DNA of 32,000 nt. Source: Coleofasciculaceae cyanobacterium CTOTU46674. Its GTDB lineage: Bacteria; Cyanobacteriota; Cyanobacteriia; Cyanobacteriales; Coleofasciculaceae. The stretch is from NCBI GenBank assembly GCA_031976315.1, contig DALYLM010000033.1:12137-44136 (forward strand), in the 5' to 3' direction. Position numbers and translations under genes: made by a program. Shown one piece after another: positions 1 through 10,863 of the stretch (the stretch's first letter is position 1; each line of letters opens with the position of its first letter). The notes below the pieces were generated by a model, which was not told the origin of the DNA, made no database searches, and was given only the letters and a program-made list of their open reading frames with translations.

Positions 1-1
1 C

Positions 2-973
2 TTGCAAAAATCAGATCCAGTTAAAGCAACAGCAGAAACTAATTCTTTGTTGAAAATTGCTCAAACTTATGATGAAATCATCTTTCTCTATACAGCTACT
101 GCGGCTGGGGAACGTTGTGCTAAGGAAATAGAGCGGTATTTACAAAAACAAGGTTGGTTAAATATTCGGCTGCGCCAGCTACCTTTAGGCTCGAATGAAT
201 CTCATTTTGAGCGTCAGGGTTTGCGGGATTTAGTTAATATTTTGATTGATGAAATTACTAAAGCGCAACGAGAAAAACGAGAAGTGATAATTAATGCTAC
301 TGGTGGTTTTAAGGCAGAAATTGCTTATACGACGCTGGTAGGGATGATTTTTGAAGTTCCCATCAAGTATATCTATCAAGAATTCGATCAACCGATTACT
401 CTGCCTGTTTTGCCGATTAGCTGGAATATCGATTTATTATTAGAGTATGAGAGTTTCTTTGAGTGGTTGGATGGGGAACCTCGTCAAGAGGTTGATGTTA
501 ATCAGCGGCTGAAAGCAATGTTAGAATCAGATAGAAATCAAATTCTGCAAATCTTGTTACCGCCTGATGGAGAAGGATATATCTTTTTGTCGCCAGCGGG
601 TGAGATTCTCTGGAAACGGGTGGCACAGCAGCGAGAATTAGCAGAATTGGTGGAAAATCCACCTCCTTCTGATATTGCTGTTGCTGATAAAATTGCTGAT
701 TCTATAGCTGAAGATAAGCATCATTATCCAAAAGGAACATTAGCTTTTGCTCAAAAATTGGCTAAACTGGATGCTGTGGAGGAAATCATCGGGGGAAATT
801 TTGAACCGACTCTGCTGCGGCGGGTAAAAAGAGTGGATGATGATGGTACAATTCGGGTTTTGTGGGCGGATAATGAGAAAGCGAATAATATGACAATTCG
901 CACTACAGCAAGGGGAAAGGCACAAACCTTGAGATTTTGCGATCGCTATGTCCGTCCTCTGCTAAATTCTTAG
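2..973 (+). CDS. CARF-domain CRISPR ancillary protein. The 5' end is probably truncated by the window edge. It has a wHTH-like middle region and an uncharacterised C-terminal domain.
   Basis: The frame is open from the window edge, and the first codon is TTG, not a convincing start. 'VIINATGGFKAEIAYTTLVG' fits the CARF (D/N)xTGGxK pocket motif. The upstream 'AETNSL' is typical of APE2256/Csx-type CARF proteins. I saw no HEPN Rx4-6H motif. Confidence 0.7.
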   Translation: MQKSDPVKATAETNSLLKIAQTYDEIIFLYTATAAGERCAKEIERYLQKQGWLNIRLRQLPLGSNESHFERQGLRDLVNILIDEITKAQREKREVIINATGGFKAEIAYTTLVGMIFEVPIKYIYQEFDQPITLPVLPISWNIDLLLEYESFFEWLDGEPRQEVDVNQRLKAMLESDRNQILQILLPPDGEGYIFLSPAGEILWKRVAQQRELAELVENPPPSDIAVADKIADSIAEDKHHYPKGTLAFAQKLAKLDAVEEIIGGNFEPTLLRRVKRVDDDGTIRVLWADNEKANNMTIRTTARGKAQTLRFCDRYVRPLLNS

Positions 974-981
974 TCAGGCTT

Positions 982-1007
982 GTAGTGGGCGATTAATCGC
1001 CCACTAC
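982..1007. terminator. Perfect hairpin between convergent genes, a candidate bidirectional terminator. It belongs to the GTAGT(A/G)GGC stem-loop repeat family.
   Basis: gtagtgggcga-ttaa-tcgcccactac has an 11-bp stem. It lies between the stop of the + strand CARF ORF (973) and the stop of the - strand ORF (1017). Confidence 0.5.
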
Positions 1008-1016
1008 GAACTTGTT

Positions 1017-2141
1017 TTAACTGGCAGAATTATCCAATCTTACCAATAATTGATCGAGGGATAGTTGAGGTAATTGTGACACCAATAACCTCAATTCCTC
1101 TAGAGATAAAGCTAGGAATTTGGGCAGAATATTGGTTAAATGTTCCTCCAGTTGCTCGAAATACATTTTCAAAACACTTTCTGCTAGTAATTCTTTGGCT
1201 TTTTTGACTCCCGATTCATCGACTGAAACCATTGATAATTGGTATAATAGCATCGTAAATTCTACTGCTGGCAAGGTTGATAATGGGGTAATCAATACTG
1301 CCGATTTGAGCGATATTGCACCAAATTTTACTCGCAGGAATGTTTCTAGTATAGCGCGATTTTCTTCTTGTTTTCCCCGTTCAATACCTTGTTGTTCTCC
1401 GCGTTGTTCTCCACGTTGTTCTGCGGCTATTAAATGTTCTTGAAATAAAGGAGTAATCATTCTCATTAATATCTCATCCTCCTCGGTTTCTAATTTTGAC
1501 TTTGGTTCGCGATTGGCATCTAGATTTAATTTTAGCTCATAAAATAGCTCTAAGGCATTTCTTCGCCAAGGGTTATCTACAGGTAAGGCGGCTAGAGATA
1601 TCAATGCTTCTTCTTGAACTCTCCCTCTCCCTAAAATCCTCAACCACAGGGTTTCTGGCGTTTTCGGTAAGCGGTGGATAACCACAATCGCTGTTCGGAA
1701 ATACTCTCCGAGGAAGTAGATACCTTCACCCCAATTCCCCTCATCCTCAGTTGCCTTAAATCCATTTAATAGATTATCGGAAGCTGTGGGGGTTAAAATC
1801 CATAACCAAGGTGTTTCGTTAAAGCTGGGATTTTCCCGTTTGGCTTGTCTGGCTAAATCAGCTTTGACGTTGAATAATTTATTTAAACAACTGATAACTA
1901 GATCGGGTGTTACTGGATTCCTAAAGGGTTCAAATAAGGCGGGAGTGAGTGCCATTTTTCCTAAGAGTCCTAGTTTTTCTTTATATTCAGCAAAGCAGGG
2001 TTTTTCGGGGTTGGGGGTGAAGTAAATATCAATTGATCTGATTTCGGCTGGGACTTGTTTAGCGGGAGTTACGCCACCGAGGTAACTGAGTGTTTCTTCT
2101 AGTAAATCTTTGGCAAATTGATCGTGGGCAAATCTGGTCAT
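1017..2141 (-). CDS. Rpn/YhgA-like (PD-(D/E)XK) family protein with a DUF4351-like C-terminal repeat region
   Basis: The N-terminus 'MTRFAHDQFAKDLLEE' resembles the HDxxFK start of Rpn/YhgA-like putative nuclease/transposase proteins common in cyanobacteria. The C-terminal leucine-rich segment 'LSLEELRLLVSQLPQLSLDQLLVRL' resembles DUF4351. Confidence 0.45.
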   Translation of the reverse strand: MTRFAHDQFAKDLLEETLSYLGGVTPAKQVPAEIRSIDIYFTPNPEKPCFAEYKEKLGLLGKMALTPALFEPFRNPVTPDLVISCLNKLFNVKADLARQAKRENPSFNETPWLWILTPTASDNLLNGFKATEDEGNWGEGIYFLGEYFRTAIVVIHRLPKTPETLWLRILGRGRVQEEALISLAALPVDNPWRRNALELFYELKLNLDANREPKSKLETEEDEILMRMITPLFQEHLIAAEQRGEQRGEQQGIERGKQEENRAILETFLRVKFGAISLKSAVLITPLSTLPAVEFTMLLYQLSMVSVDESGVKKAKELLAESVLKMYFEQLEEHLTNILPKFLALSLEELRLLVSQLPQLSLDQLLVRLDNSAS

Positions 2142-2243
2142 TGAGATGGGCTTTTGGCAATATTTATGAGTTTATTTTATCATGTTTGTTCGTTAATTTA
2201 TTGTTTTTTTGTGTGAAATAAAAGCATAAATATTAAGTTATAA

Positions 2244-2276
2244 ATATCCCCGACTTCTTCAAGAAATCGGGGATAT
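2244..2276 (-). terminator. Hairpin at the leader-distal end of CRISPR array 1, a candidate array terminator
   Basis: atatccccga...tcggggatat forms a 10-bp stem, extended by cttctt/aagaaa. It lies 49 bp beyond the last (degenerate) repeat in the direction of array transcription. Confidence 0.4.
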
Positions 2277-2324
2277 GGACTTATCGCCACTGTCTTATTG
2301 GGGATTTACGAATTAAATAAAACT

Positions 2325-3778
2325 GTCCCCAACTAATCCGATTTAACCCAATCGGTAGGGTTAAAATTCCGTGTCTCGGACACGGGGAGTTTCGTTTCCA
2401 ACTAATCCGATTTAACCCAATCGGTAGGGGATGCTCCATTTTCGATAACCGATCAGGGACAGAACGTTTCCAACTAATCCGATTTAACCCAATCGGTAGG
2501 GGACTCGGCAATGTTTACCCCGAGTTGAGGAAAAATGTTAACGTTTCCAACTAATCCGATTTAACCCAATCGGTAGGGTTTTCGTTGACCGCAACGAAGG
2601 AGTTCCATTCGGCGTTTCCAACTAATCCGATTTAACCCAATCGGTAGGGAAACAGAGAAATGCTGAGCAAACAGCAGAAAATATAAAAAAGTTTCCAACT
2701 AATCCGATTTAACCCAATCGGTAGGGGACAAGACTGACTACACTATGGGGGAGGATCCCTATCTCCAAGTTTCCAACTAATCCGATTTAACCCAATCGGT
2801 AGGGTTAAAATTTCAGACCTTCCAACAGGGTGGGAATCAAGTTTCCAACTAATCCGATTTAACCCAATCGGTAGGGACCCCACTACAGGCTTCTGCGACA
2901 AGACTGACTACACTATGGGGGTTTCCAACTAATCCGATTTAACCCAATCGGTAGGGTTGCCTACTCGGCTAACGGAGACAAAGAAAACAACGTTTCCAAC
3001 TAATCCGATTTAACCCAATCGGTAGGGAAACATTCATAAAAAAATATCCCAAATGGAAGAGACTAGCGTTTCCAACTAATCCGATTTAACCCAATCGGTA
3101 GGGTTGGTGTAGCATACAAAACAGGGCCTTGGGTAGTGTTTGTTTCCAACTAATCCGATTTAACCCAATCGGTAGGGTCAGCCACGTCAGTGGCGGTAAC
3201 CAACGGCGTATTGCCTGTGTGTTTCCAACTAATCCGATTTAACCCAATCGGTAGGGTGAAATTTTGTTTGCAGTTCCTCAGGATCAGCCAGAGGTTTCCA
3301 ACTAATCCGATTTAACCCAATCGGTAGGGATTTCCAAAATCTGGTTTTTTAACCAAAATAAGGAAAAAGTTTCCAACTAATCCGATTTAACCCAATCGGT
3401 AGGGGAGCGGGAGGTAACTCCCCCCACAGACTGTTATTGTTTCCAACTAATCCGATTTAACCCAATCGGTAGGGTTAAATATAAAAGAGAGGGTTCTCAA
3501 CAAGGGTTTCCAACTAATCCGATTTAACCCAATCGGTAGGGGTTCCTATTCCCATAGATGCCCCTTCAGGGCCTATGATTGGGTTTCCAACTAATCCGAT
3601 TTAACCCAATCGGTAGGGTCGATGGGGGGGACGAGACTCTTATCTCGGCCGATCAGGCACGAGAGTTTCTAACTAATCCGATTTAACCCAATCGGTAGGG
3701 TTTAAATTCTGACGGAAGTGACAGGACTTCCGTTGAAGTGAGGTTTCCAACTAATCCGATTTAACCCAATCGGTAGGG
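2325..3778 (-). CRISPR. CRISPR array 1: 20 repeats of 36 nt and 19 spacers of 31-46 nt
   Basis: The plus-strand repeat is GTTTCCAACTAATCCGATTTAACCCAATCGGTAGGG. Repeat starts are 2325, 2394, 2466, 2543, 2614, 2691, 2769, 2841, 2921, 2992, 3068, 3142, 3221, 3294, 3369, 3439, 3506, 3583, 3665 and 3743. Orientation is minus for three reasons: the conserved leader is at the high-coordinate end, the degenerate terminal repeat is at 2325 (GTCCCC instead of GTTTCC), and the cas genes are on the minus strand. The transcribed repeat is CCCTACCGATTGGGTTAAATCGGATTAGTTGGAAAC. It has a 6-bp CCGATT/AATCGG stem and a GTTGGAAAC 3' end. The repeat at 3665 carries a C>T variant. Confidence 0.98.
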
Positions 3779-3988
3779 AGTTCGTCTGGGAGACCTTACC
3801 CAGTAAGGGTTTCAGCCGCCAAATCGACACCACTCCAAAAACTATAGCAGATCTGCTCCAAAATTGTCAAAAACACACCTCTCAAACCCTCTCCCTGTAA
3901 GGCATCGACACCACTCTACGAAAAATATAGGGTTTCAGCGATTTGGCGAGTGGTGTCGATGACGATGTTACAAATTGCTTGAAACCTA
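3779..3988 (-). promoter_or_regulatory. CRISPR leader 1 (~210 bp), homologous to leader 2
   Basis: It aligns along its whole length with 21860-22069, from agttcgtc..cccagtaagggtttcagccgccaaatcgaca to gatgacgatgttacaaattgc.tgaaaccta. It contains three copies of the motif ATCGACACCACT: direct at 3823-3834 and 3904-3915, inverted at 3949-3960. Confidence 0.85.
3841..3870 (-). promoter_or_regulatory. Predicted sigma70-type promoter of array 1
   Basis: The minus strand reads TTGACA (3870-3865), 18 nt, TATAGT (3846-3841). The same arrangement is conserved in leader 2. The -10 box is about 60 nt upstream of the first repeat. Confidence 0.5.
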
Positions 3989-4433
3989 GATGTAGTAATA
4001 GCCACAGCCGTTTTCCAGCCGAGAAGGGAGCAGAGGGGCTGGGGGGCAGAGGGGCTGGAGAGAAAACGGAAAACTCTCTTCTCCCATTCCCCCTTCCCTA
4101 TTCCCTTGAGGCTGAGAATAGAGGAAATCAAAAGATTATCCACCATTTTTGCGATCGCGCACTGCACCAAAGGCAATATTGGTCTATCTTTTAGCTAAAT
4201 CAGCTTGTAGATAATCGAACCCGTCTCTCGATTATTGTCTATAACCATCACCTCGCTATCCACCAAACACTGGACAAAACTGGACAACCAGCTCAAACAG
4301 TGTAGAGATAGCCAGCCTAAGTGACAAACTACGTTTTCAGGGTGATGACACCTACAGGTGCTTTCCAGCCTGTAGCCTCTGTCGTCAATTATTAAACATC
4401 TCTTTGTCTCTAAGATAGATTGATAACTTCTTC

Positions 4434-4466
4434 AGATCTCCGACTTCTTGGAGAAGTCGGAGATCT
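4434..4466 (-). terminator. Perfect 14-bp hairpin just downstream of the cmr6-cmr1 stop, a candidate terminator of the cmr operon
   Basis: agatctccgacttc-ttgga-gaagtcggagatct. The CDS ends at 4473. Confidence 0.55.
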
Positions 4467-4472
4467 CCCAGG

Positions 4473-6227
4473 TTAACTACCCCAAGTTAAGGTAAATCCA
4501 GAACTTTTGAGTTTTTTCACAAATTCCGGTAACTGATTCACTCCTTGCCGCTTCCACTCATTTAAACCAGGAGAATTACCGGAATTACCCCCATGAAATA
4601 GAGTGACAATTTCTAGATATTGATTACCACCAATCGGTAACATCCGATGCCAAACACAACTGACAGATGTTGGTCTGGAATCGCCTGGGTTTCGTCCGCC
4701 AATTGCTGGAGTTGTCTTAAATATTTCATTGTGAAATAACTCAATTGCTTGAGATTTAGCAACAACTTGGCTGTAAACACTTAAGCGTTGGGGACACCAA
4801 GATTCTTTCCAAGACAAGCATTGAATGGCTTTAGCATTAATTCCCAAATACTTGATTAACTCCTGACGTAACCCCTCTAAAAAGGTTTTCAAATCATTGC
4901 TATTTTTCATCGCGATCCGACCATCTTCAATCGCAGGAGCATCGTTTAAAGGACGATTGTTGAAATCGCTATCTAACCATTCCCAATGACAACCAATGGC
5001 ACGAGTTTTATAGTCAGAGAAAAAATCTTTATGCCAAACTCTTCGCCAGGATTTACCCAATCCTCCCATAATTAAAGTAAATTCCACAACCTTTTTCAGG
5101 AAATTAATATCTTGATTGGGGGCATCAAGATAGAATTGCCCTTTAGTTTCATAGACAGGTGTTTTTTCTATTCCCTGAGTGTCATATTTAGGAAATTCTT
5201 GGTTAGTCTGCCAATAAATTTGTAATTTGCCTGGATTGCCCGTATCTCCAAACAGGGTGCTAATCTTAGATTTGATCAGATTTTCATCGTTAGTGATACC
5301 TGCAAGTAAGCGATTGACATGACCTTTGAGAGTCGCTTTAAATACATTAGGTCGAAACTCTGGTTCATTACTGCGAAGCAAAGGACTAACACCGATTCCT
5401 TTGAGAGAAACCCACAGCGGATACTTATCTTGAGGGATAAAGCATAAACCATATCCTGTGCTGGTTTTACCCCCGATTCCCGCACGTAATGCCTGTTTTA
5501 ATAGTCCTTCAATCTTTTGCCATTCCTTGTCTGCTAAAGGTTTAGTACTGCTTAACTCAAAAACAAATGTTGGCTGATAGAAGCTAGCGATCGCAATTGC
5601 TTTGGGAGAACCCTTTCCTTGCACTTGTCGCTCCTGTTGCGGATGGACTACATCAATGAAACGATAGCAGATTTTTTCCTCATTATCCTTGACAACCGTT
5701 TTTGTCCCAGCCCAATCACCAATTGGATAAGCACCGTGAAATCTTAAAATTCCCTGTTGCTCCCCACTACCGCAATAGTACTCTTCATCCTGGCAATCGC
5801 AGACTCGGCGAAACAATCCTTTAATACCGCTTCCAGGAATAAAAGGAATACCATTTTTGCCAATAGTCGGACGCAAGATGCTATCCTGACCGCAATTGGT
5901 AAACACGCGGAAAGGAAAGTCAATTTTAATCCGGTACGCAGCACCATCTCGTCCTAGATGGGCTTCTGCATACTGATTAAATGGAGTGCTATCTTCAGAT
6001 TTAGGATAAACCCATTCTTCAGTCCATCGATCTAAATCTTGGTTATTTTTCGCATACTGTAAGCTACACCGTCCAGAGACTTGAGCGCGATACATCATTG
6101 GTACTTGTTCCGGATCGGGTTTTTCCCAGCAATCCTCCCTATCTTGGTCGGGAATATCGATATTACTCTTGCCACCTTTTTGTACCTGAGCTTTTTGCGC
6201 TCTTTGTAATGCTTTAGCAAAAACCAT
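4473..6227 (-). CDS. cmr6: Type III-B RAMP protein, an apparent Cmr6-Cmr1 fusion with two RAMP modules
   Basis: The N-terminal module has 'GIPFIPGSGIKGLFRRV' and the G-rich loop 'GIGGKTSTGYGL', typical of Cmr6. The C-terminal module has 'EFRPNVFKATLKGHVNRLL' and 'GGLGKSWRRVWH', which is Cmr1-like. It is the last gene of the cmr operon. Confidence 0.8.
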   Translation of the reverse strand: MVFAKALQRAQKAQVQKGGKSNIDIPDQDREDCWEKPDPEQVPMMYRAQVSGRCSLQYAKNNQDLDRWTEEWVYPKSEDSTPFNQYAEAHLGRDGAAYRIKIDFPFRVFTNCGQDSILRPTIGKNGIPFIPGSGIKGLFRRVCDCQDEEYYCGSGEQQGILRFHGAYPIGDWAGTKTVVKDNEEKICYRFIDVVHPQQERQVQGKGSPKAIAIASFYQPTFVFELSSTKPLADKEWQKIEGLLKQALRAGIGGKTSTGYGLCFIPQDKYPLWVSLKGIGVSPLLRSNEPEFRPNVFKATLKGHVNRLLAGITNDENLIKSKISTLFGDTGNPGKLQIYWQTNQEFPKYDTQGIEKTPVYETKGQFYLDAPNQDINFLKKVVEFTLIMGGLGKSWRRVWHKDFFSDYKTRAIGCHWEWLDSDFNNRPLNDAPAIEDGRIAMKNSNDLKTFLEGLRQELIKYLGINAKAIQCLSWKESWCPQRLSVYSQVVAKSQAIELFHNEIFKTTPAIGGRNPGDSRPTSVSCVWHRMLPIGGNQYLEIVTLFHGGNSGNSPGLNEWKRQGVNQLPEFVKKLKSSGFTLTWGS

Positions 6228-6286
6228 CGCTATCTATCCTTTGTTTGTTTCAACAGTTGACAGGTAAATTTGATCTAATTTAGCCC

Positions 6287-6787
6287 TTAACTATTGTTGT
6301 TCTCCTTTTTTTTATAACGTTGAGTCCACCAAACTAATGCCTCGCAGAACTGAGTCAGCACCATTAAGGCAATTCTTTGATCTGGCAACGGTATTTCCCA
6401 AATTTTCTTAGCCATACCTTGAATTTTTTTCGTTTCATCTGCCTCTTTTTTCTCTTTCTCTTCGCGAGTGCGATCGGGAAGGGTAGACTTCACATCATCA
6501 TTAGGCAACTTTACCCCAGCATCATCTAAGATTTTGACTAAATTATCCCAGACATCTTTCCAGTATGCCCCTTTTTCTTTACTGTCTTTATCGCGCTTCA
6601 GTCGTAAGTGTTCGCCCCAAAATCTTTCCAATCCATAAGCTACAGCCATTCTCATTTTATGAGACTCATTCAAAACATTTTTCTTGTCTCGATACTTTAG
6701 CACTAACAGTTGAGCTTCATAATCTAGATCGTAAGGTCGAAAAAAGTTTGTTTCTTTAGTAGCTTGATTTTCTTGTGTCTCAGTCAT
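6287..6787 (-). CDS. cmr5: Type III-B small subunit (Cmr5/Cas11-like)
   Basis: A 166-aa, predicted helical, K/E-rich protein in the canonical position between cmr4 and cmr6. The call rests mainly on position. Confidence 0.6.
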   Translation of the reverse strand: MTETQENQATKETNFFRPYDLDYEAQLLVLKYRDKKNVLNESHKMRMAVAYGLERFWGEHLRLKRDKDSKEKGAYWKDVWDNLVKILDDAGVKLPNDDVKSTLPDRTREEKEKKEADETKKIQGMAKKIWEIPLPDQRIALMVLTQFCEALVWWTQRYKKKENNNS

Positions 6788-6834
6788 AAACTTACCTCCT
6801 TGAATCAGTTGTATTTCCTGGAATTAAGGCTGCT

Positions 6835-7692
6835 TTAATTAGAATTATGAGATTTTAACCAAACTTCAGTTCGACCAAAACCAATCGATTCTAACCCACC
6901 AAAATAAAGTTCTTTCCCTTGGTCAATAAATTTGCCATCAGTTAAAAATTCTTCCCAATCCACAGTCTTGCTATCATAGGTTTTCCGCATAGCAATGGGA
7001 AATACCATTACCGTGCATTCTGGTAAAGCTTCCACATCAAAAAAAGCTCCTTTTTTCGCTTTCTTTTTGTCTGGTTCAAGTGAAACGCGACTCTGACGAT
7101 AAAGTGCCATATCGTGAATCATAGATATCTCCTTATCATTAACAACCACCAGCAGATGTTTGTTGGCATCGTCAACTTCTTTAGGAATGCAGTTGGCTAA
7201 GTCTTTATCCTCTTGCTTGAGTTTCAGAAATCCCAAGTTAAAAAAGAGAGTTTTACCAGAAGCTTTGCCAAAGTAGCTATAAGGTTTAAATTCCGTTACG
7301 GTTTGACCTGTTACCTTTTGATAGCGTTTCAGCAAAGCCGGACAAGAAACTCTAACAATTGGTTGATTGGGACAATAAACGGGAATCCAAACCAGGGAAG
7401 CATATTCAAATTTAATGATTCCTTCAGTGGTATTATTCTCAGTAGTATCCTTTGATTCATCAGATTTCGATTGACTGGGAGAAGCTTCTTTGCCATACCA
7501 GTAATCAACTTTTCCTTTTTCCTGACGCATATCCGCCCGAAACCGACCCCGAATCGAACTCCCAGGAATAATCCCCGTCTGAGTAAATTGATCCCGAAAA
7601 ATCAGGTTCAAATTACCCGTTTCTTCACCCGCAGTTGCACCCACATGGAGTGGTGCTTGGGTTTCAATAATGCCGTAAGCTTTTTTGTACAT
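6835..7692 (-). CDS. cmr4: Cmr4 (Cas7-family backbone RAMP, target-RNA cleaving subunit)
   Basis: 'APLHVGATAGEETGNLNLIFRDQFTQTGIIPGSSIRGRFR' matches the Cmr4 N-terminal signature, including the Asp in the 'FRD' context. The C-terminal G-rich loop is 'GGLESIGFGRTEV'. Confidence 0.85.
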   Translation of the reverse strand: MYKKAYGIIETQAPLHVGATAGEETGNLNLIFRDQFTQTGIIPGSSIRGRFRADMRQEKGKVDYWYGKEASPSQSKSDESKDTTENNTTEGIIKFEYASLVWIPVYCPNQPIVRVSCPALLKRYQKVTGQTVTEFKPYSYFGKASGKTLFFNLGFLKLKQEDKDLANCIPKEVDDANKHLLVVVNDKEISMIHDMALYRQSRVSLEPDKKKAKKGAFFDVEALPECTVMVFPIAMRKTYDSKTVDWEEFLTDGKFIDQGKELYFGGLESIGFGRTEVWLKSHNSN

Positions 7693-7720
7693 TGTTAACT
7701 CTCCAAATTATACGATGATT

Positions 7721-7783
7721 GTTCGTAGTAGGCACTTCAGTGCCTCAAAATCGTCTATTTGCACTAAAGTGCTTACTACGAAC
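7721..7783. repeat. Structured stem-loop repeat (GTTCGTAGTAGGCAC family) within the cmr3-cmr4 intergenic spacer
   Basis: The outer inverted repeat is gttcgtagtaggcac...gtgcttactacgaac. Two inner mini-hairpins are present (ggcac-ttca-gtgcc and gcac-taaa-gtgc). Related copies lie at 982-1007, 25718-25782 and 30577-30600. Confidence 0.75.
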
Positions 7784-7801
7784 TTAATTTACGAACTTGA
7801 T

Positions 7802-10826
<3,025 letters not shown>

Positions 10827-10863
10827 AAAGTCCTCCTATCTAACTCAAAAAGTATTTATGGGA

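Noticed and set aside
2281-2511. ORF-track entries inside the CRISPR arrays (2281..2511, 20576..20797, 21559..21831) encoding a reiterated 'LPIGLNRISWK'
   Set aside because: They are translations of the CRISPR repeat itself. The periodic peptide simply mirrors the 36-nt repeat.
2361-3742. A possible conserved spacer-end motif: several spacers begin TTAAA or TTTAAA next to the GGG end of the repeat
   Set aside because: Only about 4 of 19 array 1 spacers show it, and the genome is AT-rich. That is not enough to claim an acquisition motif.
3916-4194. ORFs 3916..4176(-), 3943..4194(+) and 21877..22221(-) overlapping the leaders
   Set aside because: They lie in the conserved non-coding leader. 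The two leaders differ by indels that would break any frame. There is no start context or known motif.
3989-4433. The ~445-bp non-coding stretch between leader 1 and the cmr operon terminator, considered as a possible decayed cas2 remnant or small RNA gene
   Set aside because: Only weak, patchy similarity to the cas2 3' end is visible by eye just past the leader boundary. Short local hairpins (ataatcga/tcgattat and ctacagg/cctgtag) are not enough to call an ncRNA. An alignment or RNA-seq would be needed.
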